Source of the DNA: an uncultured Acidobacteriaceae bacterium
GTDB taxonomy: Bacteria; Acidobacteriota; Terriglobia; Terriglobales; Acidobacteriaceae
Direction of reading: 5' to 3'
Length of the DNA: 64,000 nt
NCBI GenBank assembly: GCA_963822225.1
Contig: CAWGGW010000002.1
Span: forward strand, 772,489 to 836,488
Every line of letters begins with the position of its first letter. Position 1 is the stretch's first letter. The notes beneath the pieces were generated by a model. It was not told where the DNA came from. It worked only from the letters and a program-made list of their open reading frames with translations, and made no database searches. The position numbers and the translations under genes are program-made. Below, one piece after another: positions 61,330-64,000 of the stretch.

Positions 61330-62583
61330 CTATTTAAAAAGTTGAAACCGCTTCTTCTTCTCGGGCGTCTCGTTTGCCCCTGTCGCCGACTTGCTCAACT
61401 CCCGGATGACTCGAGAAATGGCCGAGACTTCCAGAACCAGTGGAGTCGCTGTATTCTGCGCATCCCGGGCCGCGGGGTAATCCCCAGGAACTTTCCAGGT
61501 AGGTGACATCGTAAGCGCCCGGGTAATGCTTGCTTCATCAATGGTCAGAGTGCGCGACGAATACCGGTTGAGCACCACTTCGATCTTTGCGCCGCTCGGC
61601 CTCAAGACATCCGCAATGAGGCGATTTGCGTTGCGCAACTCGGCGACGCTGACCTGCAGAACTAAATAGACAGTCGAGCCGGCGACGAAGAGCGTCTTTC
61701 CAGTTGAGTCGAACCGCGAGCCCGCATCGACCACGACATAGTCGAAATCCTGGCGCGCAATATACAAGAGCCGGTCGAGGGCTTCTTCCGTGATCTGAGC
61801 GGTCGAGTATCGGTCCGGCGCCGCGAGCACAGACAGCCCTGAACTATGTTTGACCAACAGCGTCGACAGGTAGTTTGAGTCCAGGCGGTTGTAGTTTGTC
61901 AAAGCGTTGAGTGTTGAATACTGAGAGGTCAATCCCAGGCCGAGCGCCGCGTCGCCGAGTTGAAGGTTAAGATCGATCAAGACGATTTTTTGTCCGGACT
62001 CCTGGGAGAGCGACACGGCGAAATTGCTGGCGATCGTGGTGGTGCCTGAGCCCCCTTTGGCACCTGCAAATACCAATAGTTTGCCGGCCACCTTCTTGAC
62101 CGTATGGTTTGAAGGTCGCCGCACTGACGCGCGAACCATCGCTTCGGCTATTGAACCTGAGGTGACAGGGTGGGTGAGAAACTCCCTCGCTCCGGCCCTC
62201 ATGCAGCGCACTAGCATCTCCGGATTTGTTTGGTCTGAATAAACCATCACGGTTACAGCGCTGCTTCCGCAGATGTTTTCCACCAGGTCCAATGCGTGTT
62301 CTGGATTGCTGTCCAGTTCGACAATGATGACGTCGTACTCGGCATCGAGCAGACGCGGTACGTCGTCTAACTCGGGATACGCAACAAACTCGCGCATCGC
62401 CGTCCCTGTCAGGGTGGCGAGCGCAGTAGCGATATTCTTGCGCCGCCCATCAGTGGGGCCGATCAAGGCGATCGATAAGATCCCGCTGCCGAGCGCGTCT
62501 GGATGCCTGGCCATGGGTGAATTCATGGATGACCGACTTCCAGCGGGGTGCCGCATTTCCGGAGATTTTTCTGAGACTGACAT
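61330..62583 (-). CDS. cpaE: CpaE/TadZ (receiver-like + ParA/MinD ATPase); start uncertain
   Basis: MRAGAREFL, GAKGGSGTTT, LIDLNLQLGD. Confidence 0.92.
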   Translation of the reverse strand: MSVSEKSPEMRHPAGSRSSMNSPMARHPDALGSGILSIALIGPTDGRRKNIATALATLTGTAMREFVAYPELDDVPRLLDAEYDVIIVELDSNPEHALDLVENICGSSAVTVMVYSDQTNPEMLVRCMRAGAREFLTHPVTSGSIAEAMVRASVRRPSNHTVKKVAGKLLVFAGAKGGSGTTTIASNFAVSLSQESGQKIVLIDLNLQLGDAALGLGLTSQYSTLNALTNYNRLDSNYLSTLLVKHSSGLSVLAAPDRYSTAQITEEALDRLLYIARQDFDYVVVDAGSRFDSTGKTLFVAGSTVYLVLQVSVAELRNANRLIADVLRPSGAKIEVVLNRYSSRTLTIDEASITRALTMSPTWKVPGDYPAARDAQNTATPLVLEVSAISRVIRELSKSATGANETPEKKKRFQLFK

Positions 62584-62616
62584 ATCGGAGAACTCACCAT
62601 GTGTATGTTTCAACCC

Positions 62617-63132
62617 CTATCGGGAAAAAAAGGAGACGAGCGTTCCAATGGCAATTGCAGGGGCATAGGGCATCTTGCGTGCAAGTGGATTATCGAGGAC
62701 CAACTCGGGATGGGGACGAAGTCCGCGATCCTTGAAGCCAACCAGAAGACTTCCAGTGTTCTTGAAGAGATCACCAAGGAATCCGCCCGCCGCGGCCCAG
62801 CACAGCGCCATGACCCCGCCCGCCAGGCCGGTAATGACAAGCGCTACGATCAGTTGGGAAGGGCCGATCCATGCGCCGACCGCGGCACAGAGTTTGACAT
62901 CACCCATACCCATGCCGCCCATCAGACCGAGAATCCCAACCAGCACCGCGCCGATTGCTACGCCTGCCAGACTCTGACAGATCCCGTGCCAACCGCGCGA
63001 CCAACCCGAAATTGCGACTCCCCCTACCATGAATGGGAGCACAAGCCAGTTCGGGATGCGGCGACTCCGCAAATCAGTGTAGGTCGCGACAACGAGAACA
63101 ATTAATGTTGGCCACCATGCAATCGAGTGCAT
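62617..63132 (-). CDS. cpaA: prepilin peptidase CpaA/TadV (A24)
   Basis: TDLRSRRIPNW, GMGMGDVKL, MPYAPAIA; GAGG RBS. Confidence 0.93.
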   Translation of the reverse strand: MHSIAWWPTLIVLVVATYTDLRSRRIPNWLVLPFMVGGVAISGWSRGWHGICQSLAGVAIGAVLVGILGLMGGMGMGDVKLCAAVGAWIGPSQLIVALVITGLAGGVMALCWAAAGGFLGDLFKNTGSLLVGFKDRGLRPHPELVLDNPLARKMPYAPAIAIGTLVSFFSR

Positions 63133-63174
63133 ATCCAAACCTCTCTCCCACGGTCCGGGGATCAAGCGGGTAAC

Positions 63175-63190
63175 TGCAATTCTCAATCCA
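63175..63190 (-). promoter_or_regulatory. probable sigma54 promoter of the cpaA-cpaE-cpaF-tadBC operon
   Basis: TGGATTGAGAATTGCA, GG-N10-GC, 43 nt from the ATG. Confidence 0.6.
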
Positions 63191-63475
63191 AATGGCAGCG
63201 CCTGGCAGAGCCCTGCTTTCAAGAGCTTAGAGAGTTTCTGCGCGAACGGGTGTTCACGGCTGTTTACATCCACCTTTCGCGAGTGAAGCAGAGGATATAC
63301 ACCGGCGGGCAACTCGTTCCCGCCCCTGGTCTCAAGAGATTTGTTTCGGCCGCGTGGAAAATACCCTGCCTGCGTCGATAGAATACTTTTCACAATAATG
63401 TGCACAATTTTGCACATTCAATACCGAATCAAACTAAATAACGAACTTTCCCTGCAGTTAGGCACTCGCGGACTT

Positions 63476-63491
63476 TGGCACCCAGATTGCA
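63476..63491 (+). promoter_or_regulatory. sigma54 promoter facing the regulator gene
   Basis: TGGCACCCAGATTGCA. Confidence 0.75.
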
Positions 63492-63732
63492 TCTCCTGTC
63501 AACCTCACGCTGAGCGTCTTAAAAAATAGGTTGCGATAGGCTTTCTGTGCCGCTGAACACTTTCCGTTCGTCATAGTTCCTAATAAAGCAACGAGATGGA
63601 CCGGAAAGCGCCGTAGCTCTGTCGGATACACCACCTTGCGGTATTTCTCCCTGATTGTTTCTTCCACTGATGAAGAGCAATAGCCAAAGGTCAGCAACGC
63701 GGAACCTCAACAAGATTGGGGACTAGTTAATA

Positions 63733-64000
63733 ATGATCAACGTCGGGATTCACTCAGAAGATCGCGCGCTACAGCCCATTCTTTCATCTGCTTTGGGCAG
63801 GGAATTCAAAGTCTTTTGCGAATCAAGCGAAGATGGAATCAAGAGCATGCTCGAGTCTGGGAGCTGCGATCTTGTGATCCTCGACCTGGACGCAAACAAG
63901 GAATCGCTGAAGCACAGGGTCGAGTGTGCCCGCCGCATCATCGCCTCCAGCGACTCGTCACTCACCATCGTGATGGCGGATGACAGCCTGCGTTCGACAG
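63733..64000 (+). CDS. N-terminal receiver-like domain of a regulator, truncated by the window end (possibly a sigma54 activator)
   Basis: Open frame MINVGIHSEDRALQPILSSALG...CDLVILDLD...TIVMADD running to the end. The AAA+ domain is not visible. Confidence 0.7.
   Translation, partial: MINVGIHSEDRALQPILSSALGREFKVFCESSEDGIKSMLESGSCDLVILDLDANKESLKHRVECARRIIASSDSSLTIVMADDSLRST

Noticed and set aside
62617-63417. 266-aa prepilin peptidase with N-terminal extension
   Set aside because: The extension covers the promoter and upstream sites. The RBS supports a start at 63132.

Overview
GC-rich bacterial chromosome segment. Gene content points to Acidobacteriota (Terriglobia-like): an Oar-type TonB-dependent receptor, a TIGR03435-like remnant and a giant NHL/Ig surface protein. 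In order: tRNA-Phe; a three-gene surface-protein operon (small Zn/HTH protein, ~1900-aa NHL + ASH/Ig-repeat protein, small outer-membrane barrel); lactate permease; a divergent sugar/sugar-acid catabolic cluster; GDPD; a hydrolase; a TBDT; glmM; a transglutaminase/amidoligase + circularly permuted ATP-grasp/alpha-E operon; a sulfatase; an ACT protein; a Rieske/cytochrome b operon nested between two cytochrome bd-like subunits; rseP; and a sigma54-controlled Tad/Flp pilus locus with an embedded glycosylation cassette. About ten genes between 6 and 45 kb carry small frameshifts, probably read or assembly errors. Best leads: (1) a split Ig domain with an inserted membrane hairpin and internal lipobox, a candidate C-terminal lipoprotein anchoring system with a partner barrel; (2) a Flp pilin glycosylation cassette; (3) a Rieske/cytb + bd-like cytochrome c respiratory module; (4) a palindromic repeat translated in frame inside glmM; (5) five sigma54 promoters with a shared tandem upstream motif; (6) an unannotated 31-aa membrane protein and a TonB-like protein in the Tad locus. 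All family calls come from motif recognition by eye, with no database searches.
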